From: an uncultured Acidobacteriota bacterium
GTDB lineage: Bacteria; Acidobacteriota; Thermoanaerobaculia; Multivoradales; UBA5704
NCBI GenBank assembly: GCA_963700145.1
Contig: OY969474.1
Span: forward strand, 800,001 to 864,000
Length of the DNA stretch: 64,000 bases
Reading direction: 5' to 3'
This document shows positions 55,133 to 64,000 of the stretch, piece by piece. The notes below the pieces were generated by a model that did not search any database, was not told the DNA's origin, and was given only the letters and a program-made list of their open reading frames with translations. Every line of letters begins with the position of its first letter. The first letter of the stretch is position 1. The translations under genes and the position numbers were made by a program.

Positions 55133-55423
55133 TCAGGACGCGGGCGTCGCCTCGCCGGTGCGAAAGCGCTCCGCCGACCGGGCGCGGGCCTTGGCCGCTT
55201 CGACCGCCCGATCGCGCGGCGGCGCGTTGGTCACCAGCGAGTCCAGCAGCTCCCGCGCCGCCCGCGCCACCTCGTCGACGGCGCGGTTGAAGGCGGCCTC
55301 GTTGGCCTTGGAAGGCTTGGTGAAGCCGCTCAGCTTGCGGACGAACTGGAGGGACGACGCCCGGACCTCGTCGTCCGAGGCGGGGGGAGCGAAGTTGTGC
55401 AGGGTCTTGATGTTGCGGCACAT
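55133..55423 (-). CDS. DUF2277-family small protein
   Basis: MCRNIKTLHNF...QFVRKLSGF..PSKANEAAF signature. Confidence 0.85.
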   Translation of the reverse strand: MCRNIKTLHNFAPPASDDEVRASSLQFVRKLSGFTKPSKANEAAFNRAVDEVARAARELLDSLVTNAPPRDRAVEAAKARARSAERFRTGEATPAS

Positions 55424-55452
55424 GGGGAGATCCTCCGTCTGCCGCCATTTTA

Positions 55453-56700
55453 TCAGGCCGCGCCGAGGTAGGTCTCCGCCCACGCCAGGAGCGCCTGCTC
55501 GAAGACCTCGAGCGGCGGGCGCACCAGGCCGGCGCCGATCTGGCCGACGCCGGGGAGCTTGTGGGCGATGCCTGTGTTGACGCGCGGGGTGACGCCGAGC
55601 TCGACGACCTTGCGCAGGTCGATGCCGGTGGGGGCGCCGCGGAAGCCCAGGGCCGGGATCGTGAGCTGCGGGTTCTCGGCGGCGGTGATCTCGTACATCT
55701 CGAGGGTGGCGTGGAGGGCGTCTTGCGGAGTGCCGCCGATGAAGGTGACGATGGCCGGCGCGGCGGCCATGGCGAAGGCGCCGAGCCCCACCGTCTCGGT
55801 GATCGTGCTGTCGCCGATGTCGGGGTTGGCGTCGGCGCCGGAGAAGCCGGGGAAGTAGAGGCCTTGCGGCACGGTCGCCGGGGCGGTGAACCAGCGCTCG
55901 CCGAGGCCGCTGACGCGGATCCCGAAGTCGGTGCCGTTGCGCGCCATGGCGGTGACGATCGTGCTCTCGGCGACGCCGTGCGCGGCGTCGGCCATCGCCT
56001 TGCACGCCGCCATCAAGGGGTTCAAGACCGAGAGCGCGTTGCCGCCCAGGAAATCGAGGACCGCCGCGGCGGTCTCGGCGTCGCGGGCCGCGCGGGCGAG
56101 GTGCGGCGCCAGCGCTTTGAGCATCAGCAGCGACCCGGCGCGGTTGCGGTTGTGCCCCTCGTCGCCCATGGTCAGCGCCTCGGCGGCGAGGGCCTTCATG
56201 TCGATCCCGCCGGCGCGCTCGACCGCCTCCCCCACCAGCGGCGCCAGCGTGTCGTTGATCCAGCGCAGCCGCGCCAGCACCTCCTCGGAGTAGGCGCCGT
56301 AGCGCAGCACCTTGCCGTACCCCTCGTTGAAGTTGGAGAAGGCGCGGCCGCCGTGCTCGGCGTCCTCGACGACGTAGAGCTGCATCGACGGCGAGATCAC
56401 CCCCGCCATCGGCCCCACGGCGGCGTGGTGGTGGCAGGGCTCGAGCGCCACCTCGCCGCGCTCGACCAGCGCCTCCGCCGCCGCCTCGTCCGCAGCCAGC
56501 CCCTCGAAGAGGAGGGCGCCGACGACCGCGCCGCGCAGCGGTCCCGAGGCGCGCGCCCACTCGATCGGCGGCCCGGCGTGGAGGAGGAGCCCGGGGCGGA
56601 AGCCCGGGATGACCTCGTCCGCGCGCCCGACCGCGACGAGGCGCGGCCGCGCGGCGAGCAGCCGGCCGACGGCGGTTTCGTTGGCTTTGTTGACGCTCAT
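55453..56700 (-). CDS. DUF1116 / YlbE(AllG)/YahG-like protein
   Basis: LHAGPPI, VGPMAGV, MGDEGHNRN, MARNG, PDIGDSTITE and NTGIAH motifs. Confidence 0.88.
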   Translation of the reverse strand: MSVNKANETAVGRLLAARPRLVAVGRADEVIPGFRPGLLLHAGPPIEWARASGPLRGAVVGALLFEGLAADEAAAEALVERGEVALEPCHHHAAVGPMAGVISPSMQLYVVEDAEHGGRAFSNFNEGYGKVLRYGAYSEEVLARLRWINDTLAPLVGEAVERAGGIDMKALAAEALTMGDEGHNRNRAGSLLMLKALAPHLARAARDAETAAAVLDFLGGNALSVLNPLMAACKAMADAAHGVAESTIVTAMARNGTDFGIRVSGLGERWFTAPATVPQGLYFPGFSGADANPDIGDSTITETVGLGAFAMAAAPAIVTFIGGTPQDALHATLEMYEITAAENPQLTIPALGFRGAPTGIDLRKVVELGVTPRVNTGIAHKLPGVGQIGAGLVRPPLEVFEQALLAWAETYLGAA

Positions 56701-57437
56701 GCGGCCTCCGCCCGCTCGCGGACGGCGCGCAGCCACATCCGGCGGATCAGGGCGCTTCCCGGGTAGATCACGCGCCAGTAGGCGGCGAAGCTGCGGCGGG
56801 CGTCGGGGCTGGTGGCGAAGACGCGGGTCTCGGTCGTCAGCAGGCACCAGCCCGCGTCCTCGTCGGCGACGTGGAAGTTGATCGTCGCCTTGGCGTAGCC
56901 GGGGCGCGTCAGCCGCAGGAAGTCCTGCGGTCCGTGCTTGCCTGGGGCAACGCGGCCGACGACCACGGTCCCGAGGACGATCTCGCGCTCCGGCTCCTCG
57001 GCAAGGAGGAGGAAGCCGGAGCGCTGGGCGACTTCGAGGATCGGTGTCTCGGGCGCCGGCGCCAGGATGCTCTCCGCGCGCCGCACCAGGCTCGGTGACC
57101 GCAGCCAGGTGAGCAGGCGGAAGAGACTGATCTCGTCGGCGGTGACCGACTTGACGGCGGCGTAGACACGCTCGCGCGGCGCCTGCACGCGCAGGGCGTG
57201 GAACTCGCGGAACTGCCACTCGGGCATGAAGTCGTCGAGGAGCGTGGCGCGGGCCAGGGCCCGGCGGGTGGGCGCCGGCAGCGCCAGGCCGGCGACGACG
57301 AGGACCAGCCCGAGAAAGAGCACGCCCAGGCCGGCGCGGCGGCTTCGCACCCCGAGGAAGCGCAACGGCTTGAGCAGCGAGATCGCGCCGGCGAGCAGGA
57401 CCGCGAACCCCAGCCAGACGAGGACGATGCCCAGCAC
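56697..57437 (-). CDS. Hypothetical membrane-anchored protein (DUF2867-like)
   Basis: Two N-terminal TM helices; LDDFMP, TETRV and FAAYWRVI motifs; ATGA overlap with DUF1116. Confidence 0.65.
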   Translation of the reverse strand: MLGIVLVWLGFAVLLAGAISLLKPLRFLGVRSRRAGLGVLFLGLVLVVAGLALPAPTRRALARATLLDDFMPEWQFREFHALRVQAPRERVYAAVKSVTADEISLFRLLTWLRSPSLVRRAESILAPAPETPILEVAQRSGFLLLAEEPEREIVLGTVVVGRVAPGKHGPQDFLRLTRPGYAKATINFHVADEDAGWCLLTTETRVFATSPDARRSFAAYWRVIYPGSALIRRMWLRAVRERAEAA

Positions 57438-57441
57438 GGTC

Positions 57442-59160
57442 TCAGCCTTTCATCCTGGCGAGGATGCCGGCCAGGCGCTCGTCGCCGCCGGCGGGCGGGC
57501 GCCAGTCGACCTGGACGGCGGCGGCGCCCTGGGCGACGAGGCTGGCGTGGAAGGACTCGAGGCCGACGTTGATCGCCGCCGGCGGGCCGGCGAGGTCGGC
57601 GAGCGGGACGGGGGGGCCGGCGGACGGATCGGCGGCCTCCGCGCGGCGCCGCCCGATCTCCAGGATCCACCAGCGCTCGACCATCTCCCCCACCGTGTGG
57701 ACCACCCGCGCGCCGGCCTCGCCGAGCGCCGCGGCCTGCCGCTCCAGCCCCTGCGGGTCCTCGTCGGTGCCGACGAGCAGCACGATCACCGCGAGCTCCC
57801 GGCCGTCCCGCGCCGCGGCGGCGCGCGCCTCGGCGATGGCGGGCGCCAGCTCGGCCGCCGGGTCGGGGTGGGCGCCCTCGCCGAGCACGACGTCGAGGAG
57901 GATCGCCGCGACCTCGGGGTCCGCCGCTTCCTGCCGCAGGCGGCGCAGGCGGAGGGCGTTGTCGAGCATCGGGTGCGGGCGGCCGACGGTCAGCTCGTCG
58001 TCGCCGAGGTCGAGGATGGTATGGGCGAGGCTCTTTCCCAGATCCTCGAGTTGGCGAACGCCGGGTGAAGAAAGATTCGAGTAGAGGGGTGTGGCGAGCG
58101 ACCGGACGGCGAGCAGTAGCTCGTTCGCAAGCGTGCCGCCGGCGAAGAGAGCGCGCAAGAAGCCCCCCCGCCCAGATCCCTCGCTACGCTCGGGATGACA
58201 AGGTAGGTGGTCCGCTGCGACGAGCTGCACCGCCTTCTCGGCCGCTTCGTCGAGCCCGCCGGTGAAGTGGAGGGTGCCCAACCGGCGCACCGGCAGTGGC
58301 ATCCCGAGGAAGCAGCAGATCACCGGCTTCCCCACCCTGCCCGCTTCACCCAGCAACCGCGCCACGACGCCGGAATCCGGAGGCTTCGAGATCAACACGA
58401 TCGCCCGCGTCCCCTCGTCACGCGCCAGCAGCTCCAGCGCCTGCGACGCCGTGGCGCCGCCGACTTCCGCTGAGAGGTCGTGCCCGCCGGTGCCGAGCGC
58501 CTGCGAGACGCCCGCGCCCAGCTCGTGGATCCGGCTCGCCACCGCCTGGAGGCCGGTGCCCGAGGCGCCGATCAGGCCGATGGCGCCGCGGCGCACGCGG
58601 TTGGCGAAGCCGAAGCCGACGCCGCCGACGATCGCGGTGCCGCAGTCCGGCCCCATGACCAGGAGCCCCTGCTCGCGCGCCGTCCGCTTGAGCTCGATCT
58701 CGTCGGCCGACGCCACGTTATCGCTGTAGAGGAAGACGTGGCGGCCGAGCCCGAGCGCCTCGCGCGCCACCGCCGCCGCGTAGCGCCCCGGCACCGAGAC
58801 GAGCACCCACCGCGCCTCGGGCAGCAGCTTGACCGCCGAGGCGAGCGTCCGCGGCCGGAAGACGCCGTCCGCCGCCGCCGCGGCGCGCGTTGCGAGCAGC
58901 GCATCCACCCGCCCCAGCGCCGCCTCCGCCGCTGCCGCGTCCGCCGCCTTGACCACCACCAGCAGGTCGTCCGCCCGCGCCCGCGCCGCCTCCTCCACCA
59001 GCAGCCCCGACGCCGCCAGCAGCTCGCGGTTCGCCTCCGTCCCCATCACCACTGCCGCGTCCGCCACCCCGGGCAGGTCGGCCAGCCCCGCCTGCAAGCG
59101 CATCAGCACCACCGAGTCGTGGTAGGCGCCCGAGCGCACGAGACACCTGGTGACCGTCAC
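57442..59160 (-). CDS. fdrA: Acyl-CoA synthetase-like FdrA (AllF/YahF family)
   Basis: YHDSVVLM, MGPDCGTA, GASGTG, LISKPP, GRPHPM and DWRPPAGG motifs. Confidence 0.88.
   Translation of the reverse strand: MTVTRCLVRSGAYHDSVVLMRLQAGLADLPGVADAAVVMGTEANRELLAASGLLVEEAARARADDLLVVVKAADAAAAEAALGRVDALLATRAAAAADGVFRPRTLASAVKLLPEARWVLVSVPGRYAAAVAREALGLGRHVFLYSDNVASADEIELKRTAREQGLLVMGPDCGTAIVGGVGFGFANRVRRGAIGLIGASGTGLQAVASRIHELGAGVSQALGTGGHDLSAEVGGATASQALELLARDEGTRAIVLISKPPDSGVVARLLGEAGRVGKPVICCFLGMPLPVRRLGTLHFTGGLDEAAEKAVQLVAADHLPCHPERSEGSGRGGFLRALFAGGTLANELLLAVRSLATPLYSNLSSPGVRQLEDLGKSLAHTILDLGDDELTVGRPHPMLDNALRLRRLRQEAADPEVAAILLDVVLGEGAHPDPAAELAPAIAEARAAAARDGRELAVIVLLVGTDEDPQGLERQAAALGEAGARVVHTVGEMVERWWILEIGRRRAEAADPSAGPPVPLADLAGPPAAINVGLESFHASLVAQGAAAVQVDWRPPAGGDERLAGILARMKG
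58173..58199 (-). repeat. REP-like hairpin repeat, copy 5, in-frame within fdrA (CHPERSEGS)
   Basis: Reverse complement GTCATCCCGAGCGTAGCGAGGGATCTG. Confidence 0.85.
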
Positions 59161-60470
59161 GCCGACTCCGCGCCGGACGCCAGCGGCCCCTCCAGCTCAC
59201 CCGCCCAGGCCAGCAGCGCCTCGTCCCCCCACCAGCGGCCGATGAGCTGCACGCCGAGCGGCAACCCGTCGATCTCCCCGGCCGGCACCGCGATCGCCGG
59301 CAGGCCGGCGTGGGTCCAGGGGAGACTCATCGCCGGGTCGCCGGTGCGCTCGAGGCCGCGCGGCGCCGGGCCGGTGGCCGCCGGCGCGACCCAGAGGTCG
59401 AGCCCGTGCCGCTCCATGAGCTTGGCGAGCTCGCGGCGGAGCTGCCCGCGGCCGGCGAGGGCCCGCACCAGCGCTTCCTCTGACACCCGCTGCCCGCGCT
59501 CGATCAGCTCCGCGGTCTCCGGCCGGTACAGCTCCTTGTACTCGGCGTACCAGCGCTCGTGGACGCGCGCCGTCTCGGCGGCCATCGCCAGCCGGTGCCG
59601 CGCCTCGATCTCGTCCAGGTCGGCCATCGCCGCCACCCGCCGGACCTCCCACTCCCCCTCGCTCAGCCGATCGCACGTCGCACGGAAGCGCGCCAGCGCC
59701 GCCGGCTCGACGCGCTCCAGGTGCGGTCCCTCCGGCACCCCCAGCACCGGCCGCACCGGCCGCCGCGGGTTGCGGGCGTGGAGGCCGGTTCCCGGCGCCT
59801 GCCAGTGGCGGCAGAGGACCCGCGCCGCCGCCTCCACCCCCGCGGCGTCGGGGGCGAAGATCCCGACGTGGTCGAAGGACGGCGCCAGCGGCACGATGCC
59901 GTCACGCGGCACCCGGTCGTAGCTCGGCTTGTAGCCGGCGATGCCGCAGTAGGCCGCCGGGCGCAGCGTCGAGCCGATCGTCTGGCTGCCGAGCGCCAGC
60001 GGCGCCAGCCCCGCCGCCACCGCCGCCGCCGAGCCGCTGCTCGAGCCGCCCGGGGTGTGCTCCAGGTTGCGCGGATTGCGGGTCGGGCCGGGCGCGAAGT
60101 ACGCGAACTCGGTGGAGACCGTCTTGCCGACGATCAGCGCCCCCGCCGCCTTGAGCGCCGCGACCGCCGGCCCTTCCTCCCCCGCCAGCACCTCGGGGGG
60201 CAGGCGGCTGCCGGCACGCGTCGGGAAGCCCTCGACGTGGAAGATGTCCTTGATTCCAACCGGCACGCCGAAGAGCGGGGGCCGCGCCGCCGGCTCGGGG
60301 TAGCGCTCGAGGAGGGCCGCGGCCTCGCGGCGCAGGCGGGCGAACCGCCCCTCCTCGGGGAGGAAGGCCTGGACGGCGGGCTCGACCTCCTCGAAGCGGC
60401 GTTCGAGGAGGTCGAGCTGCTCGCTCAGGCTAGAAGAACGCCCGGGACGTGGCCCGGGCGCTACGGTCAA
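59157..60470 (-). CDS. Cytoplasmic amidase-signature family protein
   Basis: IKDIF, PGGSSSGS and GSQTIGSTLRPA motifs; TTG start overlapping the TBDR stop (inferred). Confidence 0.85.
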   Translation of the reverse strand: MTVAPGPRPGRSSSLSEQLDLLERRFEEVEPAVQAFLPEEGRFARLRREAAALLERYPEPAARPPLFGVPVGIKDIFHVEGFPTRAGSRLPPEVLAGEEGPAVAALKAAGALIVGKTVSTEFAYFAPGPTRNPRNLEHTPGGSSSGSAAAVAAGLAPLALGSQTIGSTLRPAAYCGIAGYKPSYDRVPRDGIVPLAPSFDHVGIFAPDAAGVEAAARVLCRHWQAPGTGLHARNPRRPVRPVLGVPEGPHLERVEPAALARFRATCDRLSEGEWEVRRVAAMADLDEIEARHRLAMAAETARVHERWYAEYKELYRPETAELIERGQRVSEEALVRALAGRGQLRRELAKLMERHGLDLWVAPAATGPAPRGLERTGDPAMSLPWTHAGLPAIAVPAGEIDGLPLGVQLIGRWWGDEALLAWAGELEGPLASGAESA

Positions 60471-63400
60471 TGCCGGACCCTGAGCCCGAACTGGATCTGC
60501 CGCGGGTCGCCGGCGCCGCTCTGGACGGTCCCGTCGAAGTTGAAGACAAGGTTGGTCACCTCGGGGCGGCGGAAGTTGGGCTCGTCGAAGACGTTGAAGA
60601 CCTCGAAGATCGGCTGCAGCGTGAAGTTGCCGACCGCGAAGTCGCGCGAGATCCGCAGGTCGAGGCCGTTGTACTCGTTCTCCTTCCGCCCCAGGTTGCG
60701 GCGCGTGACGACGGCGTCGGCGGTGCAGCCGCCGGCCGGGGTGCGCTCCGAGCAGCGGTCCTGCGGCGTCGCCGCGTCGGTGCCATCGGCCTTGATCGAC
60801 TTGGGCTGCGCCGAGCGGTAGGAGTAGCGCAGGTTGACGTCGAGCGCCCACGGCGCCTGCCAGAGCAGCCAGGCGTTGACCCGGTGGCGCTGGTCGCGGT
60901 CGGAGTAGCTGTACTCCTTCTCGAGGTCGGTGATCTTGGCGTAACGGAAGCTGAAGGGGTCGCGCTCGTTGTCGTCGTCCGACTTGTCCTTGGAGTACGT
61001 GTAATAGGCCTGGAAGGCGAGACTCTCCGACAACCGTCGGGTGAGGCCGCCGGTGACCCCCCAGTAGCGGCTCTTGGCGTTGGAGGCGACCGTGGTCAGG
61101 GTGGCGATGCCGTTGATGCCCGCCGGCGCCAAACCGGTGCTCCAAGGCGAGCCGTAGAGCGGGTCGTTGCGGTTGAGGAAGCGCGTGACGTGATCGGTCT
61201 TGGCGTAGTTGCCCTTCAGCAGCCAGGTGTAGTTCTCGCCGAACTGCTGCTCGTAAGAGAGGCTGACGGCGGTGGTGCGCGGGTTCTTGAAGTCCTCGTC
61301 GAAGACGAAGACGTCGGGCAGGAAAGGCGAGCCGATCTGTGACTGCGGGATCAAGTTCGGGTACGCCGGCACCGGCCCGAGGATCCCGGTCAGGGCGCTG
61401 TTGCGGAAGAGCGTCTGGCCGATCGAGCCGTTGGTCGAGCGGGTCGAGGCGAGCGAGAGCCCCGGGATGCGCGCCGCGAACATGCCGGCGGTGAAGCGCA
61501 CGACCGAGCTACCGTCTCCCTCGGGGTCCCAACTGATCCCCAGGCGCGGCTGGATCATGTCCTCGTCGTCGGGGATGGTGCCATCCGAGGGGAAGCTGAA
61601 GCTGCCCTGAGCGGTGGTCACGGTCCTGCCGATGAACGGGGCGTAGAAGAGCTCCGACTTCGGGATGCGGTTGTCGGGCTGGAGCTGGGCCTCCCAGCGC
61701 AGGCCGTAGGAGATGGTCAGGTTCGAGCGCGGCTGCCACTGGTCCTGGAGGAACACCGCGGGCTCGTGCTGGCGGATCTTCTGCGTCCCCGCCTCCTCGA
61801 CCGTGTAGTCGCCGACGCCGGCCTGCTGCAGGTAAAGGAGGACCGGGCCGCCGACCGAAGTACCGGGCGGACAGGTGCCGTTCTCCGAGGTGGTCACGAA
61901 CGCGCCGGCGGCGTTGAAGCACTCGACGTAGTTGGGGTTGCGGGCGTAGTTGAGGAAGCCGTCGGTCGAGCCGAAGATGAAGCGCCCGTTGGCGAAGCCG
62001 ATGAAGGTCTGCGAGGAGACCACGTCGTTGTACTCGAGGCCGCCCTTGAAGGTGTGGTTGCCGCGCAGCCAGGTCAGGTTCTCGACCACCTGGAAGCGCT
62101 CGTCGTAGTACTCGACCGGGATGAAGAAGGGCATGCCGAAGCGGTAGGTGTTGCCGAAGTCGAAGGCGGTGTCGGGGAGCGGCCGGCCTGTCGAAGCGAT
62201 GATCGGGCCGTTGTAGGGGCGCGGCCGGTTCTCGTGCGCGAACTGCCCGCGCGCCTCGTTGAAAAGGCTGCCGGAAAGCGCCGAGTTGAGGCTGCCGGAG
62301 AACGAGTAGGAGTCATCCTTCTCGACGGCGTTGGCGCTCCGCCCCCAGGAGTCGACGTCGAAGGTGCCGTTGACCTGCTCGGAGTCGGTGTAGGAGTAGC
62401 GCAGGGTGGCGATGTTGTTCTCCGTGGCCAGCCAGTCGAGCTTGGCGAGGGCCACCGCGGCGTCGTTGGTGCGGCCGATCGCACCGTTTTCGGCCGCGCT
62501 GCCGATCGAGGCGAAGTAGTTGACGACGCGCGGCTCGATGCGGCTGGGGTCGAGCTGCTTGGTCTTTTCGGCGTCCTGGATGTCGGCCGAGAGGAAGTAG
62601 AAGAGCTTGTCGCGCTTGAGCGGCCCGCCGAGCGTGAAGCCGTACTGCTTCTGCTCGGACTCCCCGAGGTCGGCCTTGCCGCCGCCGGGCGCCGCCGGGT
62701 CGGAGGAGAGGCTGTCGTCCTGGTAGAAGAGGTGGGCGGTCCAGTGCAGGTCGTTGGTCCCCGACTTGGTGATGACGTTGACGAAGCCGCCCGAGGAGCG
62801 CCCGAACTCCGCCGGCGCGCCGTCGGCCACCACCACCACCTCCTTGACCGCGTCGAGGTTGAAGGTGAAGGGCGGGCGCTGGCCGCCGCGCTGCTCGCCG
62901 AAGAAGGGGTTGTTGAAGTCGGCGCCGTCCACCGAGACGTTGTTGTGGATCCCCTTCTGGCCGTTGATCGACAGCTCGTCGCCGTCCGGCCCCTGGACGG
63001 TGGTCACGCCCGGCGTCAGCTCGGTGTAGTCGAGGAAGTTGCGGCCGTTGTTGGGCAGGCCTTCGACCGACTTCTCGTCGATGCGCGTGACGCCCTCGAC
63101 GCGCGTGGTCTCGACGACCGGCGCCGCGGCGGTGACGGTGATCTCCTGCTCGACGCCGACCTGCATGGTGAGCGTCAAGGTGACCGTCTGGCCGACGGCC
63201 AGCTCGATCCCCTCGCGCACCAGGGTCGCGAACCCGTCGAGGCTGACAGTGATGCGGTACGGGCCGAGCGGCAGCAGCACGGCCCGGAAGCGCCCCTCCG
63301 GCCCGGTGACGACGACCTGCTCGAAGTTGGTCGCCGTGTTGCGGAGGGTGACGGTCGCGCCCGGCAGGACGCCGCCGTCGGCGTCCACCACCGTCCCTTC

Positions 63401-63499
63401 GATGACGCCGGTGGTGGCCTGCGACTGCGCCCCCGCCGTCGCCGCGCAAGCGACGAGCAGGGCAAAGCCCAGCAAACCTGTACGCCAGGATCTCGACAT
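60467..63499 (-). CDS. TonB-dependent receptor (Oar-like, carboxypeptidase-regulatory N-domain)
   Basis: Signal peptide; LPNNGRNF, AEFGRSSGG..NVITKSGTN and C-terminal PRQIQFGLRV motifs. Confidence 0.92.
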   Translation of the reverse strand: MSRSWRTGLLGFALLVACAATAGAQSQATTGVIEGTVVDADGGVLPGATVTLRNTATNFEQVVVTGPEGRFRAVLLPLGPYRITVSLDGFATLVREGIELAVGQTVTLTLTMQVGVEQEITVTAAAPVVETTRVEGVTRIDEKSVEGLPNNGRNFLDYTELTPGVTTVQGPDGDELSINGQKGIHNNVSVDGADFNNPFFGEQRGGQRPPFTFNLDAVKEVVVVADGAPAEFGRSSGGFVNVITKSGTNDLHWTAHLFYQDDSLSSDPAAPGGGKADLGESEQKQYGFTLGGPLKRDKLFYFLSADIQDAEKTKQLDPSRIEPRVVNYFASIGSAAENGAIGRTNDAAVALAKLDWLATENNIATLRYSYTDSEQVNGTFDVDSWGRSANAVEKDDSYSFSGSLNSALSGSLFNEARGQFAHENRPRPYNGPIIASTGRPLPDTAFDFGNTYRFGMPFFIPVEYYDERFQVVENLTWLRGNHTFKGGLEYNDVVSSQTFIGFANGRFIFGSTDGFLNYARNPNYVECFNAAGAFVTTSENGTCPPGTSVGGPVLLYLQQAGVGDYTVEEAGTQKIRQHEPAVFLQDQWQPRSNLTISYGLRWEAQLQPDNRIPKSELFYAPFIGRTVTTAQGSFSFPSDGTIPDDEDMIQPRLGISWDPEGDGSSVVRFTAGMFAARIPGLSLASTRSTNGSIGQTLFRNSALTGILGPVPAYPNLIPQSQIGSPFLPDVFVFDEDFKNPRTTAVSLSYEQQFGENYTWLLKGNYAKTDHVTRFLNRNDPLYGSPWSTGLAPAGINGIATLTTVASNAKSRYWGVTGGLTRRLSESLAFQAYYTYSKDKSDDDNERDPFSFRYAKITDLEKEYSYSDRDQRHRVNAWLLWQAPWALDVNLRYSYRSAQPKSIKADGTDAATPQDRCSERTPAGGCTADAVVTRRNLGRKENEYNGLDLRISRDFAVGNFTLQPIFEVFNVFDEPNFRRPEVTNLVFNFDGTVQSGAGDPRQIQFGLRVRH

Positions 63500-63589
63500 G
63501 TCCGGCCTCCTCGCCCGCGCGGGGCTCCGATCGGACTGCATTGAGATGGGAACGCTACGCGCCGACGATACGCCAGCGTCTATGGAGGG

Positions 63590-64000
63590 TCAAGGAAGCG
63601 GGGCCGGCGTGGCCCGCGCTTTCTCCGCCGCGCGCAGCACGGCGTCGACGATGTGCTGGTAACCGGTGCAGCGGCAGAGGTTGCCGGAAAGGGCGTGGCG
63701 GATCTCGTCCTCGGAAGGATTCGGGTTTTCTTCGAGGAAGGGGACGAGCGTCATCAAGAACCCCGGTGTGCAGAAGCCGCACTGCAGGGCGTGGCATTCC
63801 CAGAACGCCTCCTGGAGCGGGTGCAGCCGATCGGGGCCGGGGGCCAGGCCCTCGACGGTGGCGAGCTCATGGCCGTCGGCCTGGACGGCGAGGAGGAGGC
63901 ACGAGCGCACCGGCTCGCCGTCGAAGAGCACGGTGCAGGCGCCGCACACCCCGTGCTCGCAGCCGACGTGAGTGCCGGTGAGCCCCAGGTCGCGGCGGAG
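63590..64000 (-). CDS. (2Fe-2S)-binding CoxS/XdhC-like subunit, 5' end outside the window
   Basis: GCEHGVCGAC, QCGFCTPG and NLCRCTGY motifs. Confidence 0.92.
   Translation of the reverse strand, partial: LRRDLGLTGTHVGCEHGVCGACTVLFDGEPVRSCLLLAVQADGHELATVEGLAPGPDRLHPLQEAFWECHALQCGFCTPGFLMTLVPFLEENPNPSEDEIRHALSGNLCRCTGYQHIVDAVLRAAEKARATPAPLP

Overview
High-GC diderm bacterial chromosome segment, probably Acidobacteriota (inferred from the Oar-like TonB-dependent receptor, Tol-Pal and gene style, not proven). 1-32 kb is mostly housekeeping: ahcY-metK, rpiB-murB, etfBA, tolQRA-tolB-pal-cpoB, rpsT and ribH-nusB-leuS-lptE. It is interrupted by an APAF-1-like TIR-NB-ARC-WD40 gene and a RelE-type toxin-antitoxin (TA) pair. 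32-64 kb holds secreted hydrolases and a split nitrogen-heterocycle/amide catabolic cluster (coxS-like, TBDR, amidase, fdrA, DUF1116, cyclase, coxL-like, NCS1, nitrilase), two AT-richer orphan P-loop ATPase genes, a KaiC-like/hybrid-kinase pair and a second TA pair. Features not explained by the ORF track: (1) a 27-28 bp hairpin repeat family with compensatory base changes, found both in-frame inside proteins (peptide HPERSEGS) and as an inverted pair bracketing the TIR-NLR gene; (2) an array of ten TGCACC motifs phased at multiples of 21 bp upstream of that gene; (3) a UGA-recoded UxxC DsbA-like selenoprotein with a SECIS-like hairpin; (4) a STAND-TPR protein with a C-terminal TIR-like domain; (5) a REPIN-like doublet inside the tol operon. 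No rRNA, tRNA, CRISPR array, integrase or transposase was recognised. All assignments are by eye from motifs; no database searches were run.
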